Source of the DNA: the human T2T-CHM13v2.0 reference genome, Homo sapiens
Direction: 5' to 3' (one strand)
DNA: 64,000 bases
NCBI RefSeq assembly: GCF_009914755.1
Contig: NC_060926.1
The position numbers and the translations under genes are program-made. Position 1 is the stretch's first letter; each line of letters begins with the position of its first letter. Of the stretch, positions 1 to 23,391 are shown in pieces. The notes beneath the pieces were generated by a model. The model worked only from the letters and a program-made list of their open reading frames with translations, searched no databases and was not told the origin of the DNA.

Positions 1-319
1 AAGAAGGTTATAGGTTTCAGCTATTAGGATAGGAGGTAAGCCCATGGAAGCTGCAGATGAGAACACAGAACTGCTCAGTATTTCCACAGGGACAAGGTGA
101 GACACCAACACCAACAGTGTCCATAAATATTTGACTTTTCTCCCTACATGAATTATCAACTTGTTATGGGACGAAGCATGGGTTTCAGATTCAGACAGAC
201 CTGGAATTGGGTTCCAGCTCCACCGATTACAAGGCCTGCGACTTTAAACAAAATGATTAACTACACTGAGTCTCAGTTTTTGCATCTGCAAAATTCAGTT
301 GATTCACCTCAAATAAACA

Positions 320-1003
320 AAGTGCATTTAACTCCATTCTAAAACACACTCTTTTCAAATTTAAAAATCTTCCAAATCAGGATACATCTCGTAATCATTG
401 TTGGCCAGGCAGTAATCACAAGCTTGTCTCTGCCTGTGCTCAAAAGAACTTGGTTGCAGCTGCTGACAATATTGTCACAATTGAGTTATATGCACTGTTG
501 ATAATATAGGTGTTTCAATCCCTGTTTTAAATGTCTTCAAAATGATTACACTAGCATTCAATGTCAATAGGAAAAGTTTCCATAGAGATAGCACAGCAGA
601 GAATGAAAACAACAGTCGAATGTGGATTTGGTGTGAGAGACATAAAAATTCTTAGAAGGAATGACCACATTTACCTACGTTTAGCAAAGCAATAAAATCA
701 AACACAGCCTTTCTAGAACCTAAGAAAGGAAGATACCCACAAGAAGATGAATCTGTGTTGCATTTTGCTACTGAGAAGTGTGCACAAGGATTGCCCATCC
801 TGGCAACTGAAGGCAGAGGAAATTGCTGAGCCCTTCAGAATAGATGAAAGGAATTTCAAAGCAACAAGATGCTGGTGTGAGTGATTCATATAAGACACAT
901 CACTATCATTGTGTCGTGGTTTCAGTAGTAGTATTTTCATTCCTGGTCCATAAAATAATGGTGCATCTGGCAGTCAATTATGTCTTAGATCAAATGAAAT
1001 TCC
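320..1003 (+). mobile_element. Tigger-family (Tigger13a-like) DNA transposon fossil
   Basis: Degenerate pogo/CENP-B HTH peptides PKKGRYPQEDESVLHFATE and QLKAEEIAEPFRIDERNFKATRCWCE; Tigger-like end GTCTTAGATCAAATGAAAT. Confidence 0.65.
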
Positions 1004-1299
1004 CCCAAATTGCAAATGCCCCAAGATTTAGCTATACCCTGGAGCTGACAGTACTGAGCTGGATGTGAGAAAGTGAGGCCCCCCAGGAATGATGAGGCAA
1101 CATAGAAAGGCCAGGCTTCTCTTGTGGGATTCTGGGTGGCACCAAAAAGTGAACATGGGATCAACTTATAACTGGTATGGCAGGAAACCTTTAACATATG
1201 AAATACAGTAGCTAGAGATGAAAAATAACAAAGCTGTCACTTGGAGAAGTGATCTCTCCTCTGCCCTAGGCTCACTAGAGACCTTCTCTACTCGGGGGG

Positions 1300-1688
1300 T
1301 GTGCTAGTCCATTTTGCATTGCTATGAAGAAATACCTGAGGCAGAGTAATTCATAAAGAAAAGATGTTTATTTGGCTCATGTTTCTGCAGGCTGTACAAG
1401 CATGGCACCAACATCTGCTCAGCTTCTTGTGAGGCCTCAGGAAGCTTCTACTCATGGTGGAAGGCAAAGGGAGAGTGAGTCCCATGTCAAGAGAGGGAAC
1501 AAGAGAGGGAGGAGGGAGGTCCCAGACTCTTTTTAATAATCAGATCCTGCATGAACTCATTACAGGGCACTAAGCCATTCATGAGAGATCAGTACCCATG
1601 ACCCAAACACCTCCCAGCAGGCCCCACTTCCAATATTGGGGATCACGTTTCAACATAATTGGAGGGGAGGAACATCTAAACCATACCA
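1300..1688 (-). mobile_element. MST (ERVL-MaLR) solitary LTR
   Basis: TGTGCTAGTCCATTTTGCATTGCTAT...AAACCATACCA, the reverse of an MSTA/B consensus. Confidence 0.85.
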
Positions 1689-2096
1689 TGGGGGATATGC
1701 AGAAACTTAATGACCCTCACATTAGGGAAACAGCAGGCCCCAGAAGGGCCCCTAGGGGCCCCTGCTGGGCCAGGTGTGGCCCTCTAGTGGCTGTGAGAGG
1801 CTGTCCAGGGATCCCAGAGGAGGGCAGCAGAAGAGAGGCTAAGGGCAGCAGCCAGGCACCAGTTAGTGTGGAAATATTCTAATATTTAGAAAATCACTGT
1901 GGTCACATTGGTGTTTACTGGTCAAATATCAGCCCTGCTGTCCTGTATACTGTGAAAGTGAAAAGCCAAATTGTGGAAGTCTGGGCACAGTGGCTCACAT
2001 CTGTAATCCCGGCACTTTGGGAGGCGGAGGCAGGTGGATCACTTCAGGTCAGGAGTTCGAGACCAGCCTGGACAACATAGTGAAACCCTGTCTCTA

Positions 2097-2288
<192 letters not shown>

Positions 2289-3692
2289 TCAGACACAGGC
2301 CTGAATCCCTACCGGATGACCTTAACTCAGTCATTTAACTTCTTATAGTCTCATTTGTTTTTTTCATTTTTGTAATGGGGAAAATATTTGATTCTACAGG
2401 TTTCTTAGAATTAAATGAGGTAAGATAGGTATAATACTTCAGCATGGGGCCCAGCACATAGAAAGTACTCCACAAACCAAAGCTGCTAGCACTTCTCATG
2501 CACAAGGAGCCAGGTAATTTGTCCAGTCATTAGTGGATGACTCACTTTGGACTGTCTATGTTGAAGATGTGGGGTTAGGGTTTGACTGTTGATAGCCATT
2601 AAAAGACAACCACAATGAGAACATCTGGTTTCCATTGAAATTCTAGTCTGTCTCTGTGTTATTTGAGTCAGCTTAGGATTTCTTCCCCCTACCTCCAAAA
2701 CAACTGAAAGCTTTGTACTACATTTACCATTGCTAAGTGGGTTGAAATTGTTCTTTATTAAAAAACAGGCCCCAGGGCAGTATGAGAGACAGCTATCTAT
2801 TTTGGCAAGTTGTCTCTCCATTAAGTACCTATTACACAGTCAACTCACCATGGTAAAGCAGTTGAGACATTTCTCACTGACCTTTCTAGCCCCAATTATT
2901 TAATGCTTAGCAAATCCTGTATGGATAATATCATCAAAATTTGCAGTTAATGGGTGAATTTAGCACTGTCTGTGCCTTTAAAATATGCTTTCTCATCCTA
3001 ATTAATGCTTATTTTGTACTTTTTTCACATTATACATACTATTACAGTTAATACGCTTGTAGTTACATCTTTGTGCCTTTGTCTAATTATTTTCTTAGAA
3101 ATTCTTAGAAACAGAGTGCCTAGAAAAAGTGGCATACAGATATTTTTAATGAACATATATTGCCCTCCAGAAAGTTTTTACCAATTTATAATTTTAGCAA
3201 TAGTGTATGAAGGTATATTTCCCCATACCCTCAACATTTAAATCTTTACTAATCTGGTAGGCAAAAATGTGAACTTACTGCTTATTGCTTCAATTTGCAT
3301 TTCTTCAGTTACTTATTAAGCATCTTCATGTTTGCTTATAAAATGGATTTCTTACTCTGAAATTTCTCTTTGAAACTTTTGCTGATTTTTCCAAAGACTG
3401 CTGATATTTTTACTCAGTTATAAGCATTCTTTAAAATGTACATAATAAATTTAAATACAGGCCAGGCATAGTGGCTCATACCTATAATCCCAGTGCCTTG
3501 GGAGGCCAACTCAGGAGGATCACTTGAGCCCAGGAGTTCAAGGCTGCAATGAGCTATGCTCCTGCCACTGCACTCCATCCTGGGCAACAGAACTGTCTCT
3601 AAAAATAAAATAAAATAATATAAATATAAACACAAATGAAGAACTCATAGAATCATGACTTTGTCAAAATCTAATTACTTCCCAAAGGCCCT

Positions 3693-4002
<310 letters not shown>

Positions 4003-4209
4003 TGACCATGTTGCCCAGGTTGGTCTCGAACTCCTGGGTTCAAGATATCTGCCAGACTCAGCCTCCCAAAGGGCTGGGATTACAGGCATAAGCCACTGCA
4101 CACAGCCTTTAGGATTCTTAATATTTAGCAAAGTTTTAACTACATAATAAATACTCAAAAACCTATCATATCTATGTATCATACAACCTGCTAATAATGT
4201 AACAGAATT

Positions 4210-4441
4210 TTTAAGATTAAGTAATATTAAGTATATTAAGTAATATTAATATTACTTAATATTAAGTACTTAGTACTTACTACTTATTAATATTACTTAA
4301 TATTACTTAATATTTAATATAATATTAAGTATTATTTAATATATTTAATATTTATGTATTTAATATACTTGATATTTAATATTTTAATTACTTAATAATA
4401 TTAAACAATATTTAAAACTTAATATTAAGTATATTATTAAT
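4210..4441. repeat. AT-rich low-complexity tract of TAATATTAAG/CTTAATATTA units with internal palindromes
   Basis: Direct reading. Confidence 0.9.
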
Positions 4442-4869
4442 GAACTGTTATTTAGTTTCTAGATTTGTAAAATGGGAAGGTAGAAAGGAGGAAAGATAGG
4501 AAGGCAAATGGAAAAGTAAGGTATTCTTTTTAGGTCATAGAATTTTTCAATTAAAAGAAGTCTTAAACATTATTAATCTAATACCTTTATTTTACAGAAG
4601 AAAATGAGACTCAGAAAGGAGTGATTAATCTGTTTTCTTTCTTTTTTAAAAAATAAGACCATGAATATTGTTTTTTAGCATGTTTATGTTTCATTTATAA
4701 AACATGAGCAACTCCTCACATCTTTAGATTGTCTTCGATAGCATCATTTTTAATGACTGTGTGATATTTTAGTATAAGAATATGTGTCAATTTATTTAAC
4801 CAATCCTGAAGAAGCATTTTAACCTAGAATATAAATATTACTGATTCTAAGTAGTAAAAAGAAAAACTA

Positions 4870-5501
<632 letters not shown>

Positions 5502-5574
5502 TCATCCTCCCCCATTAATAGAATTTATACTCATTCTAAATCAATAAGCCAGAATAATGGGGTTTTACTTTATT

Positions 5575-6050
5575 TCACAGAATCAGAGGGTCTTACAGTA
5601 GGAAGGAAATTTCAAAGCTACTTAATCCAAAACACCCATTCAATAGCTAGATCCCGTCCATCAGCCTCTCCATGAAGTTCTGCAGCAAGACCGACGTAAC
5701 AGAGACAGCCTCACTTTCTGAAGGCAGTTAGAAAGTGCTTCGATATGCTGATACAGGATCTATTTCCTCGTAACTTCCTCCCACTTGTTTACCAAACAAT
5801 ACTTTTGGGACCAAACAGAATGAATTGAATTCCCCTGCCACATGGCAGCACTTGTAGTGTTTGGAGACAGTTCTGATGGCCTCTCCCAACATACGCCATC
5901 CCCACCCTCTTCCTGTCCCACCTTCTCTAAACTAACATCTCCAGCTCCTCATATGGTGGCCATTGTTCTTGTCCCTTGACATCTGCATTGTTTTTTCCTG
6001 AATATGATCCAGTTTGTCCACATTCCTCAAAGGGTGGGCCTACAGTAGTC
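5575..6050 (-). mobile_element. CR1/L3 ancient LINE fragment
   Basis: ACAGAATCAGAG...GGAAGG...TAATCCAA resembles the reversed L3 3' end; highly diverged. Confidence 0.45.
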
Positions 6051-6054
6051 TTGA

Positions 6055-6570
<516 letters not shown>

Positions 6571-6772
6571 TTCAAGGTAAAGCTGTCCCCTCCCTGATAC
6601 TAAAAGGCAGTTGTCACTATATTAGCTATGATGTGTACAATCAGCTCCCCTCTTTGAATATGTCCTCTTATCAACTCAGTTTTGCCTTTGGTGGGGTAGC
6701 TCATTACTTTAGTCTGGTCAAGACATTTTAGGATTCTGATTCTATAGTATTACTGAGACAAATGGTTCCCTA

Positions 6773-6775
<3 letters not shown>

Positions 6776-6808
<33 letters not shown>
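6776..6808. repeat. (TG)n microsatellite
   Basis: Direct reading. Confidence 0.95.
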
Positions 6809-6811
<3 letters not shown>

Positions 6812-6888
6812 CATGTGTATGTATACATGTGTATATATATACACATAATTTGTATATTATGCATTATATAATTTATACGTTATATAAA

Positions 6889-7762
<874 letters not shown>

Positions 7763-8885
7763 ATATACATTATAATAATCTGTTAATATTATTATATTAG
7801 CTCACCTAAGTTTGCTTTTTTAAGAAAAAAAAAGGAGACGGGCTCACTGTCATCCAGAGACACTGCTGGAGTGCAATGAGGCAGTCATAGCTCACTGCAG
7901 CCCTGAATTCCTGGGTACTAGTGATTCTCCCACCACAGCCTCCCAAATAACTAGGACGACAGCTGTGCACCACCATACCCAGCTAATTTTTGAACTTTTC
8001 TGTAGAGACAAGGTCTTGCTATGTTGCCCAGGCTGGTCTCAAATACCTGAGCTCAAGTGATCCTCCCACCTCAGTTTCCCAAAGTGTTGGGAATACAAGC
8101 GTGAGCCACCACACCTAGCTAGTTTGAATTTATTTTAGCACTATTGAATCACAGTGATTGTCATCCTAAATCTTTTTCCCATATGCTGCTGTTAAACCTC
8201 AGCTCCCCTCTTCAAGCATGTCCTCTTATCAATTGATTTTTTTTCCTTTGATGGAGCATCTCATTACTTCAGCCTGGTCAAGGCATTTTAGGATTCTGAT
8301 TCCTATAATATTACTGAGGCAAAGTGGTTCTCTATCATTTACTGAATTGGTCAAATAGGCTCTTATAGCTTCATTTATGTCATCAATAAAACATGTTTAC
8401 AATACAGGACCAAAAGTTGAGTCTTCAGGAATGTTTAGAAACCTTTCTCCCAATCCCTTTTAATAATAGTTAATGTAGAGTAGTCAACTCTATAATGTAG
8501 AGGTAACACATTAAATATGAAAAATCATTGGCATTTCCTTAAGGCAGAGACACTTCATAAATATTTGTTAAATGAATGGTTCAAGAAAGAGCCACAACTA
8601 CATTTCAATTTAATATTGTTTGATTTAATTGAGCATTTATATTAAGTTCTATTCTTACAAATTAAAAAAAAAATACCAGTATACTCCAGGGAAGAAAAAG
8701 AAAGAAAAGGGCCAGGCATGGTGGCTCAAGCCTGTAATCCCAGCACTTTCGGAGGCCGAGGCGGGTGGGTCACTTGAGGTCAGGAGTTCGAGATCAGCCT
8801 CACCAACATGGTGAAACGCTGTCTCTAATAAAAATACAAAAATTAGCCAGGCGTGGTGGTGCATGCCTGTAATCTCAGTTACTCA

Positions 8886-9302
<417 letters not shown>

Positions 9303-9439
9303 CTATAAAAAGAAAGAAAAAGACAGACAGACAGAAAGAAGAAAGAAAGAAAGAGAAGAAGAAAAAGAGAGAGAAGGAAATTAACTGGCTCTGAATCATG
9401 TATTCATCTTCTGAATATGTGAATATCATAGTAGAAACC

Positions 9440-10420
<981 letters not shown>

Positions 10421-12114
10421 CACTGAACTTAGAAGGGACAAGAGGAACTTGATCTTTTTTTTCTCTGTGTCTTTCTTACATCTTTTTTACAACTCTGGTA
10501 AGGACCTATTTAGAGTTTTTACATATTTCAGCACCAATGAAATGGACGGGATTAGTGTAGTGCCCAGTCAAAGATGTATAAGCTTTAGAATAGTTGCTTT
10601 AAAAGTTATTGTAAAGTTCACCTATCCATGAAATGTGAAATGCTTAGGTTGAAAATTACTTCCAACTGTTCTTGAAGATATGTGTACCAAGTAACTAACG
10701 TAGCTCTGCACGTATCAGAACCCTAGAGGCAAATAGCTAAGGTTAGTCTCAACAATGCTTCTTTTAAGAAAGTAGATGCCAATGCCCTTTCAAAGAAAAT
10801 TGTACAGAAACTGTAAGGCTATCAAAGCAGAGGTAAAGAAGCAAGAGGAAATACTGAAGTAAAAAGCTCTGCGTTTTCAATATGCTGTGTGTGCTATTAA
10901 CCGTAAAAACTGCACGTATAAATGTATTCAATCGAAGCTCCATTATATGATATGCACTGCTAGTGATTACTCAAAATCCACCACCATCCTCTAACTTTTA
11001 CCTTGTGAACTAAACCCCAATTTGATTCAGAACAGTGGTGTGCCTGGTCTTGAGTGAATCAAAATTGGTCTAAACTGTTCAATGATAACCCTTCCGTGCC
11101 TTTCCACCTTCCTTTGAAAGTGGAGGTGGCCAAATGACCCAGTTCCAGCCAATGAGACACAAGCAGAAATCTGCTTGGGGGTGTGGTCTGGGGGTGTGAA
11201 TATGATAGTAGAACCTTCTTTTCTTTTTTTGGTGGCATCTGTGAACAATTCACTTTCTAATTGTGGATCACACAGTCTTTTCATGGCTCATGTTACTGTC
11301 TTACAACTTCCAGCCCCTCTTTCCACCCCCACTCTTAAATGAAAGATAAAACAAAAAAGGAGGCCAGTTGGAATTTATTTTCCTCCCTCTGTAGCAGATG
11401 TTAAAGCTTTAACTTTACTGACAAAAATTGTCTTGACACAGCTGGCTTCCCCTTCCTCCTCTCTTCCTGCCTTGTTTGTGGGCGTGTGGGCTACTACTCA
11501 GGCATGCTGCAACAATGGGGAAAAAGCCAAGAGATTTACCAGGATGCTGGTCCTAATGTCATTAGCCACCAAACCAACACTGTTAGCGGTGGAAGTTATC
11601 CGGGTCATAAGGCACCAAAATATGTTACTGTTCACGAATCTGCATAGGTCTGCAGCAACCTCAGTTCTTGCCTCCTCAGAAGAAAGAATTCGACCAAGGG
11701 GCATAAGGCAGAAGACACTGAGGCAAGTTTTAGAGCAGGAGTGAAAGTTTATTAAAAAGCTTTAGAGCAGGAGCAAAAGGAAGTAAAGTACACTTGGAAG
11801 TAGGCCAAGCGGGAGACGAGAGAGCCAAGTGTGTGGTTTGACCTTTTGACTTGGGGTTTTATATGTTGGCATACTTCTGGGGTCTGTATCTCTTCCCCAG
11901 ATTCTTCCTCAGGGTGGGTTTCCGCATGCACAGTGGCCTGCCAGCACTTGGGAGGTGAGCATGCCCAGTGTGTTTACTGGAATTGTATGCATGCTCACTG
12001 GAGGCATTCTCCCTTACCAGACCAATGTCCCCAGGAGGTCGTATACCATTAAACTCCACCATTTTGCCTTAATGTGCATGTGTGAGCTCACTTGCCCAAC
12101 TCCTGAGATCTTAT

Positions 12115-13482
12115 TGAGAGGTGACAGCATGCTGGCAGCCCTCGCTCACTCTCGGCGCCTCCTCTGCCTGGGCTCCCACTTTGGCGGCACTTGAGAAGTC
12201 CTTCAGCCCATCGCTGCACTGTGGGAGCCCCTTTCTGGGCTGGCCAAGGCCGGAGCTGGCTCCCTCAGCTTGCAGGGAGGTGTGGAGGGAGAGGCGCGAG
12301 CGGGAACCAGGGCTGCACACGACGCTTGCGGGCCAGCTGGAGTTCCGGGTGGGCGTGGGCTTGGCAGCCCCGCACTCGGAGCGGCCAGCCGGCCCTGCCG
12401 GCCTGGGCAATGAGGGGCTAAGCACCCCGGCCAGCGGCTGCGGAGGGTGTACTGGGTCCCCCAGCAGTGCCGGCCCACCGGCGCTGCACTCGATTTCTCG
12501 CCGGGCCTTAGCCACCTTCCCGGGGGGCAGGGCTCGGGACCTGCAGCCCGCCATGCCTGAGCCTCCCCGACTCCGTGGACTCCTGTGCGGCCCGAGCCTC
12601 CCCGACGAGCACCGCCCCCGCTCCACGGCGCCCAGTCCCATCTACCACCCAAGGGCTGAGGAGTGCAGGCACAGGGCGCGGGACTGACAGGCAGCTCCAC
12701 CTGCGGCCCGGTGCCGTATCCACTGGGTGAAGCCAGCTGGGCTCCTGAGTCTCGTGGGGACTTGGAGAACCTTTATGTCTAGCTAAGGGATTCTAAATAC
12801 ACCAATCGGCACTCTGTATCTAGCTCAAGGTTTGTAAACACACCAATCAGCACCCTGTGTCTAGCTCAGGGTTTGTGAATGCACCAATCCACACTCTGTA
12901 TCTAGCTACTCTGGTGGGGACTTGGAGAACCTTTGTGTCTAGCTCAGGGATTGTAATCAGCGCCCTGTCAAAACAGACCACTCGGCTCTCTGTAAAATGC
13001 ACCAATCAGCAGGATGTGGGTGGGGCCAGATAAGAGAATAAAAGGAGGATGCCTGAGCCAGCAGTGGCAACCCGCTCGGGTCCCTTTCCACGCTATGGAA
13101 GTTTTGTTCTTTCCCTCATTGCAATAAATCTTGCTGCTGCTCGCTCTTTGGGTTCACACTGCCCTTATGAGCTGTAACACTCACCGCGAAGGTCTGCATC
13201 TTTACTCCTGAAGCCAGGGAGACCACGAACCCACCGGGAGGAACGAACAACTCCAGACGCGCCGCCTCGAGAGCTGTAACACTCACCGCGAAGGTCCGCA
13301 ACTTCACTCCTGAGCCAGCGAGACCAGGAACTCACCAGAAGGAAGAAACTCCGAACACATCCGAACATCAGAAGGAACAAACTCCCGACATGCCGCCTTT
13401 AAGAATTGTAACACTCGCCACGAGGGTCCGTGGCTTCATTTTTGAAGTCAGTGAGACCAAGAACCCACCAATTCCGGACACA
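12115..13482 (+). mobile_element. LTR12C-like (ERV9) solitary LTR
   Basis: TGAGAGGTGACAGC...CCGGACACA termini; 4-bp TSD TTAT (12111-12114, 13483-13486); CpG-rich U3, CCAAT repeats, U5 repeats GAGCTGTAACACTCACCGCGAAGGTC. Confidence 0.95.
12780..13050 (+). promoter_or_regulatory. ERV9 LTR enhancer/promoter: CCAAT (NF-Y) repeats, GATA and TATA-like ATAAAAG
   Basis: ACCAATC near 12801, 12842, 12883 and 13001; AGATAAG and AATAAAAGG at about 13028-13045. Confidence 0.7.
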
Positions 13483-13791
13483 TTATCAGGAAACCTCTGA
13501 TCACCAGTTTCAGGTTTTTCCTATCTATAGGTAGACTGCCCTTTCCTGGTACTTGCTGCGACCAATTATTATTTTAGAGAGACAGTTAACAACCACCTGA
13601 CCATCCATCATCCAATGGTCGCCTGAAATTCCTGGTTGGTGGTGGGGGAACCCTCTCCTGCCCTGTTCTTTTCTGACTAGTACTGTAACAACATCATCAG
13701 CACTTACTTCCAGACTTCTTGTTAAGAACTAGAAACTTTTGTATATTTAAGTCTCTGTAAATTGGGTTTTCTGTTACTTATAGCCAAACCC

Positions 13792-19819
<6,028 letters not shown>

Positions 19820-21050
19820 TAGGTTTTTTAAAAATTATTATTATTTACTAAGTCTTTTTTTTTCCAGGATGATGGGGATGAGGAGACAATAGCCCCAGCA
19901 TCTGGTCATAATTTGTAAATCTCGACATTCTCCCTAACACCAGCTGGAAATATTTCATGCTCTAGCATCGTTTTACAAGTTGCTGGCAAAAAATAAGCAT
20001 CCATCTTATTTAAAGACTGTAATAAAATGAGAAAGATGGTTATTTGCCTTATTTTTTGTCTTTTTTTTTTCCTTTTATAAAAACAGTTAGTTGTTTGCGG
20101 TGCCTTCAAAGAATGTTAAGTTAATAAAAGCCAGCCTTTACCTTACAATCTTTATTCAACAGTAAGGTTTGTCAGATACCAAGGGCTGGTTTCTCCCAAA
20201 AATCATTAAAGGTCTGGCTTCAAAGGTGTGCAAGCCACCAGTTAACCGGGGCCAGCCTTTGTTTTCCTAGGCTCTGCTGCCCCCTGTCAGAAGCTAAGAA
20301 TGTTACAGGAAATAGAATATTTTGAACAAAGGTTTTCACAGAACAGCAGTTTTACGCTCTGTCAGGTGATGAAATAGAATACTCTCCCACCTTGTGAATG
20401 AAGACCATTGAATTATTTGCTTAAAAATATGCCTACTTGCTTGGCTGCCTAGAAGTTCTTGCACAACTCCCAGCAGTAATAACCTGTCTGAAATAATTCA
20501 GGCGGCGGCTGTCATTCACTGAGTCCGTCTGCACATGTACAGGGAGCGGCAGATGGGTGCTGGGGGCGTGAGTTGTGTATCCATTCACAGACCATCGGGG
20601 AAGACGACTGAACAGATGACTTCCACGTCGTAGAGCAAGGGAGAAGTGTGTGCACCCCAGGTGCTGGGGGAGCACGTCAATGCAGCACTTTCGCCAGGGG
20701 GGTCCTAATGAAGTCGAAGGAGTCCATTCTCAAAGAACTAGCGGGGACCAGCCAGCTGAAGGGGAAGCAAAGGGCTTTTCTGGATAGTAGCAACTGCATG
20801 TGCCAAGGCAGAGGCCCCTGGAAGAGGGTGGTAAGTTCTGGCAATAGCAAGAGGGGACTGAATTATACTCTGAGCACCCCAGCTGCTACTCCGCTGCCTG
20901 GCAACTGCTGGTCCCCGGGCCACTTCATCTCCCATTGCCTCAGTGTATGGCCAGGTCAGAGGCCAAGACAAAGGCAAGCAAAAGGGCCCTGGAGGGGTAT
21001 CCAAGGCACACTAAAGTGCTGGCGGTTGCCTTGTGTTCTGCATGCATTCT

Positions 21051-22660
<1,610 letters not shown>

Positions 22661-23218
22661 TGTTCTGTATGCATTCTATCCACATCCACAAGAGTTCAAA
22701 TATTTTGCTATCTGGCCGTGCACAGTGGCTTACGCCTGTAATCCCAGCACTTTAGGTGGCTGAGGTAGGTGGATCACTTGAGCCCAGGAGTTCGAGACCA
22801 GCCTGGCCAACATGGCAAAACCCATCTCTAAAAAAACACAAAAATTACCCGGGCATTGTGCTATGTGCCTGTAGTCCCACCTACTCAGGAGGCTGAGGTG
22901 GGAGGATCACCTGACCAAGCCCAGGAGGTCGAGGCTGCAGTGAGCCAAGATCACGCCACCGCACTCCGGCCTGAGCGACAGAGCAAGAACTTGTCTCAAA
23001 ATATATACGTGTGTGTGTGTGTGCTATCTACTGAGGACTCTATCTCAAAGAGAAAGGGGACCACTAAACAGCCAACAGAGATTTGTACATAGTCAGAACT
23101 ACTGTTCACAAAATGACACAAGGAAACACCAAGCGGGGAGTAAACAGTGATCATCTGTGGGATCTGAAAACTCTACCTCCAGGAAACACCTAAATTGATT
23201 GCTCATAAAACTATTTCC

Positions 23219-23391
23219 TCTGCCCGGCTGCCCACCATCTGGGAAGTGAGAAGCACCTCTGCCCGGCCGCTGTGCAACCCTCCAAGTGTGAAGTGACAGC
23301 CTTGTGTGTGATATTTCTGCCCTCCCCAAGTTTGCATTTTCAACATTAAAGTTTACTTTTTAATTAAAAGTTTTAAATTGGAGAATATTAA
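23219..23391 (+). mobile_element. 5'-truncated SVA2-type VNTR retroposon
   Basis: SVA VNTR unit CTCTGCCCGGCTGCCCACCATCTGGGAAGTGAG, then GTGCAACCCTCCAAGTGTGAAGTGACAGCC...ATTAAA; 12-bp TSD AAAACTATTTCC at 23207-23218 and 23392-23403. Confidence 0.8.

Larger units (their letters stand above)
11581..13690 (-). mobile_element. MER50-like ERV1 LTR, split by the LTR12C insertion
   Basis: TGTTA...TAACA termini; 11581-12114 and 13483-13690 join seamlessly at TTAT; near-TSD ACAC/ACAT. Confidence 0.8.
11030..13790 (+). mobile_element. Old MLT1 (ERVL-MaLR) LTR in pieces (about 11030-11215, 11417-11580, 13691-13790) hosting the nest
   Basis: GTGGCCAAATGACCCAGTTCCAGCCAATGAGA and 3' end GGGTTTTCTGTTACTTATAGCCAAA resemble MLT1 LTRs. 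Confidence 0.6.

Noticed and set aside
12111-12723. Overlapping 165-188 aa ORFs on both strands
   Set aside because: They lie within the GC-rich LTR12C U3, where stop codons are rare; no protein similarity recognised.
12770-13440. Regularly spaced repeats (TCTAGCT/CACCAATC units and GAGCTGTAACACTCACCGCGAAGGTC) superficially like a CRISPR array
   Set aside because: These are the ERV9 LTR U3 and U5 tandem repeats. The intervening sequences are homologous to each other, there are no cas genes, and the DNA is eukaryotic.
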